Made by a program: the position numbers and the translations under genes. From Candidatus Woesearchaeota archaeon (lineage in GTDB: Archaea; Nanobdellota; Nanobdellia; Woesearchaeales; JAHWIC01), in contig JAHWIK010000027.1 of the NCBI GenBank assembly GCA_019322485.1, forward strand, positions 9,871 to 73,870: a stretch of DNA of 64,000 nt, given 5' to 3'. Shown here in pieces: positions 6,820 to 14,658 of the stretch (its first letter is position 1; each line of letters opens with the position of its first letter). The notes under the pieces were generated by a model. It saw only the letters and a program-made list of their open reading frames with translations. It made no database searches and was not told where the DNA came from.

Positions 6820-9800
6820 AGAAGAAGGTAATGATTGGACTGCTTTGTATCATCTTTATAGCACTAATTGTACCTACCAAAGGTTTCAATATAATAACAG
6901 GTTCGCTTGTCCGCACATCAGGCGGTTCCTTTGATGTAGCTAATTTCCCGCCTGTAATTGAGGCTGATGAATTTATTGGAGATGCTGGTGACTTAGTAAC
7001 AATAAATGTTAATGCATATGATCCAAATGGAGGGAGCGTGACAGTTAATTTCACTTCTCCTTTGAACAGTTCTGGCCAATGGCAGTCTACAGTTAATGAC
7101 AGCGGTACCTCTTATACTGATATCTTTGCTTCAGATGGAACATTAGAATCAAACCTCACTGTGGCTATTAAATTAAGGCCGTATTGCGGGGACGGCAACT
7201 GCAGCAGTGGAGAAACATGCTCAACATGCGTCGTAGATTGTGGAACCTGCAATACCCCATCGGGTGGCGGAGGAGGCGGCAGGAGGCCTCAAATTATGTG
7301 CATAGAAGATTGGGTATGCACTGACTGGTTTGGGTGTGCTTTAAATGAAAGCCAAACAAGAAGGTGCACAGATAGAAGCGCATGTGGAACAACTGAATAC
7401 AAACCAGTGGAAATAAAGTCTTGTATATATGTATACCCAAAACTTAAGGAAGAGGTTACAGAAGAAGAAATTCCATTGGAAGAAGAGCCGAAGAAACTTA
7501 TTTCTGCTATAACAGAAAAGATTACTGGAGGGGCAGTAAGAAAGATTTCATTCAAGTCACCGCATTACTTGGTTCTAATAGCCTTATTATCAATGATACT
7601 CTGGGTGGTATTATTCCTCTCAAGAGAAGAACAAAGAAAAAAGAAGATGAAGGAAGTCATTATTATACTCCTAATAATATCCATCCTATTTGCAGGGATT
7701 TATTTCTTAGGCTCAGGATTGGTTGGCTTGTTTATTGCCAAAGAAGGGCTGATAATGTACGAGCAGGACGTAAGCTGGAAAATTAATGCTGACCAAGAGT
7801 TTGATTTTGTGATAACAGAGCATCCTGAGGTATTTAATTTGAGAACATTAAGGCTAAGCGGAAGTTATGTCGGAAATGGAATGTTCAGGGCTTATCTTAA
7901 AACCAAAGATGGAACAAAATATCTGATATTGGATGATGAAGCAGTAACAAAGCCAGGATTAGCTAAAATAACAGGATTGTTTGTGGAGGAATGTGATGAA
8001 GATGGATGTTCTATCAAAGAATCTAAAGAGAAAAAGCCTAAAGAGGCGAAAGTAAAAGTAGATGAGAAAGAGGAAGAGAAGGAAGAGAAGAAAGAAGAGA
8101 AAGAGGAGGAAAAAGAGGAAAAGAAAGAAGAGAAGAAAGCCAAGAGAAAGAAGGAAAATAAAGTTGAAGAAAAGATAATGAGGATTAAGTTGTTCGAAGA
8201 TGAATGTAAAGAGAATTGCTTGTTGCCTCCTGGATTAGATGATACTGAGTATAAGATTGCTTTTGAGGTTGAGTCGGGATTGTTAAGGATAGACGAGATT
8301 AACTATGTGTTAAAGGACTTAACAACAGCTGCAAATATGACTAATACCATGAGGATCTATACAAAGATAAATGATGATCCAAGCTTTGATGCAGTAATTG
8401 ATTCTGTTGTTTTGGAAGATGGTACTTTAACTGTTATACTACATCATGATTCTAGCCAAGAACAAGAGATTAATGTTGAGGGGCACATTAGCTATGAGCT
8501 AAGCCATGAAGAAGCTAAGGCCGGAGAAAAGGTTAGCTTGGTTGTTTATGGCTGGGACAATGATTACTTCAGGATAAAGATTGGCAGGGAAGAGATATTT
8601 GCATTTGGAATGCAGGAAGAATTTGGATTTAATCCTGAGATTAAGAATGCGAATAATGACCTTGTTGAATATGATATTGAATTTGAGGATGTTGATACCA
8701 GGGATATTGAGAAAACCAGGAAAATAAGAAAACCAACTGGCCTGGTGATTGCCTCTGCGCCAGGATTTAAGATTAAACAAGGGAAATATGACATTAAGGT
8801 CAAACCAAGAGAACATCCAATCAAATCAGTTGTTATTCATAAGGTTGATATTAGCTCGAACATAACTGAGTTTATTGGTGTTGATGATGCTCCTGAGACT
8901 GGCGAGTTTATTGAGGTCTATGCAATTGACCCAACCAGATTTAATTTCACCAAAGCAACTGTTACTGTAGTTGCTAAGGGAGATACCTTGTATAAATGCA
9001 AGGACTGGAACTTTGGAGCTCAGAGTTGCGGGGGAAGCTGGGAATTGTTCAAAACCGGATTAATTCCAGGAGAAGAATATACATTTGTGTTGACACCTGA
9101 TGACCCAGGTTTTGCTGAGATTAATGTGAGTGCTGTTGAAGATAGTTTTGTTAATGAAGGTTCTCCTACCACAAATTATGACGAAGACACCAATAGCCTG
9201 TCAGTCGGACGTTTAGGCGCAGCTGGAAATCGTCTTTGGACCTTTATCAAGTTCAGTACATCTGGCATTAATGGAGATTTTGTTGCCAATGCAACCCTTA
9301 GGCTGTATGCTGAGTCTATGGAAGGCTCATCATTTGCTGTTGAAGTCTATGAAGTGGGTGATGACAGCTGGAATGAGACTACCCTGATTGGGAATAACAT
9401 GCCTTCTTGCGGTAGTTTAGTAGCTAGCGCAACACCAACAGCAGGAAATTGGGCAGATTTTGATGTTTCTTCTTTTGTAAGCGAAACACTTGAAAACGAA
9501 TCTGATGACACAGTCAGCTTCTGCATAAAAGGAAATGCAGCAACAATAGGCTCAAGCAATTACTATAGATTCGAGGACCATGAAAACACAAGAGGAAGCG
9601 GCAATACTCCTGAACTAAACATTGTGACCGGAGCCATTGATATAAAGACTATCTGGCCAGCAAACAACAGCCAGCATGGAGATGGAAGTATAATAATTTC
9701 CTATAATGTAACTTCTGATAATGAGATTGACAGCTGCTCTTTGATTAATGCCAAGAACGGCGGCAATATTATAGATACAGATGATACCATCACTAGAAAT

Positions 9801-12749
9801 ATTCTCCAAACATTTGTGAATGAAATACAAAATGAAGGCAACTATAGCTTCTATATAAATTGCACAGACATATTTGGGAATTTAGAGACAAGTGAAACAA
9901 CTAGTTTCTATGTAAATGAATCTAAGGTTGATGTTTATGCAAAGATTAAGGACTCTAATTCTTCTGCTATAGATGTCAATATATCATTTTCACAAAGTGG
10001 CGAGGTAAAATATTCAAGCAGTGGAATCTTGCATATGCTAGTCATGGATGATGGACTTTATGATATCTCTGTTCTTTTATCAAGTCATCTTGTCCAAAGC
10101 ATTGATTTTATGGATGTAAATCTCACAACAAGCAGGATAAAGGTAGTGGATATTGATAATTTTGTAGATAATGATGGTTATGATGAACTTTATTCAATAG
10201 ACCCAACTGCAATCAGTTTCACAAATGCAACTGTCACAATTACTGCTGCTACTAATGATTGGCTGTATAAATGCAAGGATTGGAACTTTACAACCCAGAC
10301 ATGCTATGGCAACTGGAGTATTCTTAAAACAGACCTTGTTCCTGGACAGCCATATAACTTTACCATAACAGCTGATGACCCGGGATTTGCAGAACAGCCT
10401 GGCTCTGAGGGCAAGGATACACATATAAGGGGTGGCTACCCAAATAGGAATTACGGAGCTGAAGGAGAGATTCAAGTAAAAGGGGACCAAAGCCAAAGGA
10501 GCTTAATAGAATTCAATTTATCAGATATTCCTTCTTCATCACTAATAGAAAATGCTACTTTGGAATTGTATGTAACAGGTAAAGGTACTGGAAGTCCGGT
10601 AATTAACATTTATAGAATTAACAACAGCTGGACAGAAGGAACAGGAACTGGTGAGGTTACAGATGATGGAGCAACATGGAACAGCAGGAATGGAAGTGTG
10701 GATTGGGACGACCAAGGAGGAGATTATGATGAAACCATATGGGCTAATTACACACTCGTTGATAGATATATATGGGTCTCATTTAATATAACAGAACTTG
10801 TGCAAAAGTGGGTTAATGGCAGTTATCCAAACCAGGGACTTATGTTAAAAAGTGTTACATCAGGCACTAATATTTGGAAATTTGCATCAAGCGATAACAT
10901 AAACTCAACAATACGCCCAAAAATAGATATAAACTATATTGCGTCTATACCTCCAAATGTAACCTCTATTCAAATAACTCCTGCAACAGCTTACACTAAT
11001 GATAACCTAAACTGCTCATTTGTAGTTGTAGATGAAGATGCAGGGGATAATCTTAGTGTAAATTATACGTGGTATAATGGAACCTCTGCAATAATAACAG
11101 GAACATTAAATGTTACAAATGGAACTCAGGAATCAATAGTTCTCGGCAGCGGGAATACATCAAAGAATGATGTATGGAACTGCTCTGTGCTTCCTTATGA
11201 TGAAACAGTTTATGGAACTGAAAGAAAGGCAGCTAAAACAATACAAAACTCGCTGCCTACTGCGCCTGGGGTTGATGTACTGCCCAATTCGCCGGAAGAT
11301 GATGATGACTTGGTTGCAAGCATAACAACACCAAGCTCAGATGCTGATGATGATGCTATAACCTATTCCTATCAGTGGTATAAAGATGAGGTGCTGCAGC
11401 CAGGACAAACCACAAGCACATTGTCTAATTTATTAACATCTCCTGGAGAGGTATGGAAATGTGTCATTACTCCAAATGATGGTGAAGGGGAGGGTACAGC
11501 AGGAGAGGATAATGTAACAATCAATGGAGGTATTCCAGAACAAACATCATCTGTAAAATTAATCTCTCCCTCAAATGCTTCTACATGGACAACCTCAAAT
11601 ACTGTAACCTTCCAGTATAATGTATCTAATAATGTAACAAACTGTTCTTTGGTAATTAACAATGCTGTAGACCAGACAGACATAGATGTCACTCCAAATG
11701 CAACACAATCGTTTACAAAAACATTAAGCAATGGTGGTTATGGCTGGTCTGTGAACTGCACTAATCTCGATAATTCAACAAACAGCTCGGTAACATGGCA
11801 ATTAACAGTAGATTATGACAGCAGTGGAGGCACTCCAAGCAGCGGCGGTGGAGGAGGCGGAGGTGCTAGAAGACAATGCTATGACCGCTTAGACAATGAT
11901 GGTGATGGATTGATAGATTGGCCTGATGACCCTGGCTGTGTGAGCAGTTATGATGATGACGAAATAAACATTATTGAGGGATGTAGCGAGTATTGGATTT
12001 GCTCTGGATGGGGAGAGTGTGTAGACAGCGCACAGCTAAGAGTCTGCACAGATGTAAACAATTGCGGAACAATAGATAACAAACCATCAGAAACTAGAGG
12101 CTGTACTGTTGAAGAGATTCCTGAAACAGAGAATGTTACACAAATTCCCGAAGTCATTCCAAAGGTCACTGGAAAAACAATAGAGGTCCTTCCATATCAG
12201 CCTCCAAACCCAGTTTATTTTGTTCCAACAATACTGTTATTGGTAACCTTGATTGCAATAATAGCATTAAGGAAGACCAAGCTTCCTGACAAAATAAAGA
12301 ATTCAATTGCACTGCTCCATATCCTGCTTATTATTACGATTGTGATGCTTCTTTTAGTATCATTCCTAGGCACAACAATAACAGGGCTTGTTCCTCTGGA
12401 AGGCATAAACGCGACAAATGTAGGCGACATCACCATAGGCGACCCAATAAATACGTTTGTTGTGTTAGCAGCAGTAATTATTATTGTGATATCACTTATC
12501 TTATTTTCAAACAAAGTAATCAAAGGGTTTAAACCCAGCGAGTATAAATTATATGCTGGCTTAATTTTATATAAAATAACTAAAATGTTCAAGCATCGCG
12601 GGCATAAAATATCCTTTGCCCGGTTCTTAGATAAGATAATCAATAAGGTTGAGCATAACTTGTGCAAAATAGTTGAAAAATTTAAACAAGGCATATGTAA
12701 AAAAGGAAAAATAACCAAAAAAATTAAAAATCGGAGGAGTAAAAAATGA
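6816..12749 (+). CDS. Giant surface protein 1 (1977 aa), multi-module, membrane-anchored
   Basis: N-terminal part: signal peptide, Ig-like domain, CGDGNCSSGETCSTCVVDCGTC motif, W/C module at 7299-7424, and a TM hairpin with an in-frame Met at 7647. Middle part: the split membrane-proximal module shared with 12746/14659/20082, a K/E-rich insert (about 8020-8170), two copies of the YAIDPT...LYKCKDWNF...DPGFAE module, and two DNRLRE-like domains. C-terminal part: a second W/C module at 11984-12106, several C-terminal TM helices and a basic tail. Confidence 0.85.
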   Translation: MKKKVMIGLLCIIFIALIVPTKGFNIITGSLVRTSGGSFDVANFPPVIEADEFIGDAGDLVTINVNAYDPNGGSVTVNFTSPLNSSGQWQSTVNDSGTSYTDIFASDGTLESNLTVAIKLRPYCGDGNCSSGETCSTCVVDCGTCNTPSGGGGGGRRPQIMCIEDWVCTDWFGCALNESQTRRCTDRSACGTTEYKPVEIKSCIYVYPKLKEEVTEEEIPLEEEPKKLISAITEKITGGAVRKISFKSPHYLVLIALLSMILWVVLFLSREEQRKKKMKEVIIILLIISILFAGIYFLGSGLVGLFIAKEGLIMYEQDVSWKINADQEFDFVITEHPEVFNLRTLRLSGSYVGNGMFRAYLKTKDGTKYLILDDEAVTKPGLAKITGLFVEECDEDGCSIKESKEKKPKEAKVKVDEKEEEKEEKKEEKEEEKEEKKEEKKAKRKKENKVEEKIMRIKLFEDECKENCLLPPGLDDTEYKIAFEVESGLLRIDEINYVLKDLTTAANMTNTMRIYTKINDDPSFDAVIDSVVLEDGTLTVILHHDSSQEQEINVEGHISYELSHEEAKAGEKVSLVVYGWDNDYFRIKIGREEIFAFGMQEEFGFNPEIKNANNDLVEYDIEFEDVDTRDIEKTRKIRKPTGLVIASAPGFKIKQGKYDIKVKPREHPIKSVVIHKVDISSNITEFIGVDDAPETGEFIEVYAIDPTRFNFTKATVTVVAKGDTLYKCKDWNFGAQSCGGSWELFKTGLIPGEEYTFVLTPDDPGFAEINVSAVEDSFVNEGSPTTNYDEDTNSLSVGRLGAAGNRLWTFIKFSTSGINGDFVANATLRLYAESMEGSSFAVEVYEVGDDSWNETTLIGNNMPSCGSLVASATPTAGNWADFDVSSFVSETLENESDDTVSFCIKGNAATIGSSNYYRFEDHENTRGSGNTPELNIVTGAIDIKTIWPANNSQHGDGSIIISYNVTSDNEIDSCSLINAKNGGNIIDTDDTITRNILQTFVNEIQNEGNYSFYINCTDIFGNLETSETTSFYVNESKVDVYAKIKDSNSSAIDVNISFSQSGEVKYSSSGILHMLVMDDGLYDISVLLSSHLVQSIDFMDVNLTTSRIKVVDIDNFVDNDGYDELYSIDPTAISFTNATVTITAATNDWLYKCKDWNFTTQTCYGNWSILKTDLVPGQPYNFTITADDPGFAEQPGSEGKDTHIRGGYPNRNYGAEGEIQVKGDQSQRSLIEFNLSDIPSSSLIENATLELYVTGKGTGSPVINIYRINNSWTEGTGTGEVTDDGATWNSRNGSVDWDDQGGDYDETIWANYTLVDRYIWVSFNITELVQKWVNGSYPNQGLMLKSVTSGTNIWKFASSDNINSTIRPKIDINYIASIPPNVTSIQITPATAYTNDNLNCSFVVVDEDAGDNLSVNYTWYNGTSAIITGTLNVTNGTQESIVLGSGNTSKNDVWNCSVLPYDETVYGTERKAAKTIQNSLPTAPGVDVLPNSPEDDDDLVASITTPSSDADDDAITYSYQWYKDEVLQPGQTTSTLSNLLTSPGEVWKCVITPNDGEGEGTAGEDNVTINGGIPEQTSSVKLISPSNASTWTTSNTVTFQYNVSNNVTNCSLVINNAVDQTDIDVTPNATQSFTKTLSNGGYGWSVNCTNLDNSTNSSVTWQLTVDYDSSGGTPSSGGGGGGGARRQCYDRLDNDGDGLIDWPDDPGCVSSYDDDEINIIEGCSEYWICSGWGECVDSAQLRVCTDVNNCGTIDNKPSETRGCTVEEIPETENVTQIPEVIPKVTGKTIEVLPYQPPNPVYFVPTILLLVTLIAIIALRKTKLPDKIKNSIALLHILLIITIVMLLLVSFLGTTITGLVPLEGINATNVGDITIGDPINTFVVLAAVIIIVISLILFSNKVIKGFKPSEYKLYAGLILYKITKMFKHRGHKISFARFLDKIINKVEHNLCKIVEKFKQGICKKGKITKKIKNRRSKK

Positions 12750-13360
12750 AGGAAGTTAGTGCACATACATTTGCAAAAATCAAGATTGGTGTAGCTGTAA
12801 CCGCAGTTTTGGCTTTAAGTTTCTATCTATTCAGCAATCCAAATATCACTGGATACGTATCTATAGACTTTATTATGCAGGATTTGGATATTACCCTAAC
12901 CCAAAGCCAGGTCTTTACAATGGGTGCAACTAACCCCCAACCGTTTACCCTGACATCATTTAAGCTGTCAGGAGAGGTTATTGGAGACGGAAGAGTAGAA
13001 ATCTATCTGGAAAACCGTCAGGGCCAGCAGCTTCTGATTTACAGGAATATAAAATCAAAGGACAGGGGCATAAGTGCTATAACAGGGCTTGCTGTTGAAG
13101 GGGGAGAACCAACTGGGAAAGCAGAGGAAGGAACTTATTTTGTAATCACACCCGGCCAAGTAATACAAAATCCTGGATTAATGGAATTATCCGGAAAAGA
13201 GGAAACAATCAGCGGCCCTTTCAGCGATGAATGTGTCGATACATGCTTCATAAGGATGGAATTGTCCAGCAGCACAACATACGGCCTGGTCTTTAAGGTA
13301 GAGCCAGGCACAACGCTGAAGATTGACAGGATATTTTACACAATTGATACAGATGAATGA
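12746..13360 (+). CDS. Stand-alone copy of the membrane-proximal split module (204 aa, N-terminal TM)
   Basis: ATGA overlap with the upstream stop. TM IKIGVAVTAVLALSFYLF, followed by FKLSGEVIGDGRVEIYLENRQGQQLLIYRN ... FSDECVDTCFIRMELSSSTTYGLVFKVEPGTTLKIDRIFYTI. This is paralogous to the N-terminal regions of the three giants. Confidence 0.75.
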   Translation: MKEVSAHTFAKIKIGVAVTAVLALSFYLFSNPNITGYVSIDFIMQDLDITLTQSQVFTMGATNPQPFTLTSFKLSGEVIGDGRVEIYLENRQGQQLLIYRNIKSKDRGISAITGLAVEGGEPTGKAEEGTYFVITPGQVIQNPGLMELSGKEETISGPFSDECVDTCFIRMELSSSTTYGLVFKVEPGTTLKIDRIFYTIDTDE

Positions 13361-13417
13361 TAAAAATGGATAGCAAATGTTTATATACGCTGAAAACATA
13401 AATAGATGTGTGTTTAA

Positions 13418-14254
13418 ATGGTATTAGAGCTGTTAATCAACCCGAAAAAGGTCCAGGGAAAGCCTTGGGAGATGTTTTTCATAGGTTTTGTATACTCATT
13501 CATAGCTGTATTCCTAAGCATGTGGATATTCAAGGGGTATGCAAGCATAGTGATGGTAACCTTAACAGTTGTTGCCTCTGTGCCTTTTGTCCACAGGGTG
13601 ATTGAGCTAGAGGAGAAGAAGGATATTGCCATAAAAAAGGAGCGCAACTTATTGAAAGAGCACGGCAAGGCTATATCAATATTCATGTTTCTGTTCTTAG
13701 GGTTTGTTGCTTCCTTCTGCCTGTTGTATCTAATCCTTCCTGGGGAGACAATCCAGAATGTGTTTAGCGCTCAGATTGAGACAATAATCAGTGTTAATCC
13801 AAATTCACCTGTTGGGAATTTCATCGCCAGCTTTAATGCATTAAGCGCAATATTCTTCAATAACCTCAAGATATTGTTTTTCTGCATCGCGTTTTCCTTC
13901 TTTTATGGTGCAGGGGCGATATTTATCCTGACATGGAATGCTTCTGTGATGGCAACAGCAATTGGTTCATTTATAAAGAATAATCTGCTGGGTGTTGCAG
14001 GTGCAGCAGGCTATCTGCACGTAACTTCTTTAGGTTTGCTGCAGTACTTGATTCATGGCATCCCAGAGATAGTTGCTTATTTTATTGGCGGCTTAGCAAG
14101 CGGGATAATATCGTTTGCTGTCATAAATCATGATTTTATGGGCAAGAAGTTTAAGCATATCCTGCTTGATGCAAGCGACCTGATTTTGATTGCAATAGTT
14201 ATCTTGGTTATCGCAGCACTGCTGGAGGTATTTTTGGTTCCAATCATTGTATGA
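13418..14254 (+). CDS. Polytopic membrane protein, SpoIIM/DUF95-like
   Basis: 278 aa with about 6 TM segments. FFNNLKILFFCIAFSFFYGAGAIFILTWNASVMA and LIHGIPEIVAYFIGGLASG (HG-x-x-E) match my memory of the stage II sporulation protein M family. Confidence 0.5.
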   Translation: MVLELLINPKKVQGKPWEMFFIGFVYSFIAVFLSMWIFKGYASIVMVTLTVVASVPFVHRVIELEEKKDIAIKKERNLLKEHGKAISIFMFLFLGFVASFCLLYLILPGETIQNVFSAQIETIISVNPNSPVGNFIASFNALSAIFFNNLKILFFCIAFSFFYGAGAIFILTWNASVMATAIGSFIKNNLLGVAGAAGYLHVTSLGLLQYLIHGIPEIVAYFIGGLASGIISFAVINHDFMGKKFKHILLDASDLILIAIVILVIAALLEVFLVPIIV

Positions 14255-14317
14255 TTAATAATATTATAGTTGGTAGATTTCTTTTCTCAAGTTAAGTTTC
14301 TAACATCCTAAAAATCA

Positions 14318-14447
14318 ATCTGATTTTTGCTCAAAAAATCAATTTCAGAAAAATAATAAATATGATTTTTGCCTTATTCCTATCTATAAAGCAAAAATCA
14401 TCATCTGTTCTCCTTTATATCCTAGCTTAAAGGAAGGTATGCGGATA
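14318..14447 (+). repeat. Three-hairpin element, copy B (rearranged and 3'-truncated)
   Basis: AATCTGATTTTTGC at 14318-14331, then a second TGATTTTTGCC...AAGCAAAAATCA hairpin (14363-14400). The hairpin-2 remnant TCCTTTA...TAAAGGAAGGTATGCGGAT is nearly identical to copy A. Hairpin 3 is absent and the element runs straight into the TACTTACA array. Confidence 0.65.
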
Positions 14448-14644
14448 CTTACAATTAGGCAAAAATTTGTGCTTGAATACTTACATTAGAGTATAAATTA
14501 ACTTACAAAATACGACATTTACTCATAAAAATTAGAATATTACTTACATTATTGTTCCTATTTACTTACATTAAATGACGAATATACTTAAAAAATAGTA
14601 ATATTTATATATGATTACTTACATTTATGTATAGTATTACTTAA
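14446..14644 (+). repeat. Array of 8 direct TACTTACA(T)/TACTTAA motifs upstream of giant gene 2
   Basis: Motif starts read at 14446, 14478, 14500 (AACTTACA), 14541, 14563, 14585 (TACTTAA), 14616 and 14638 (TACTTAA). Spacings are 32, 22, 41, 22, 22, 31 and 22 nt. All copies are in the same orientation, and the last lies 21 nt before the ATG at 14659. Confidence 0.8.
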
Positions 14645-14658
14645 TTTTAAGAAGATTT

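Noticed and set aside
8020-8170. Purine-rich GAA/AAG tandem-like DNA (also 26160-26450 and 15090-15330) as a satellite or microsatellite
   Set aside because: These are in-frame Lys/Glu- or Glu-rich low-complexity coding segments of the giant proteins with imperfect periodicity. They are not a separate repeat element, although replication slippage could vary their length.
12215-12766. 183-aa minus-strand ORF overlapping the 3' end of giant gene 1 and the start of 12746
   Set aside because: It is antisense to a region with a coherent TM and basic-tail reading on the + strand. Its translation is Ile/Leu/Phe/Asn low-complexity, typical of the reverse frame of AT-rich coding DNA, and it has no promoter or RBS. 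The same reasoning applies to the other internal antisense or alternate-frame ORFs in the track (e.g. 431-679, 1380-1649, 8499-8816, 11372-11731, 25514-25870, 27154-27531, 28042-28353, 31610-31939, 47988-48380, 50896-51240, 52117-52455, 63119-63457).
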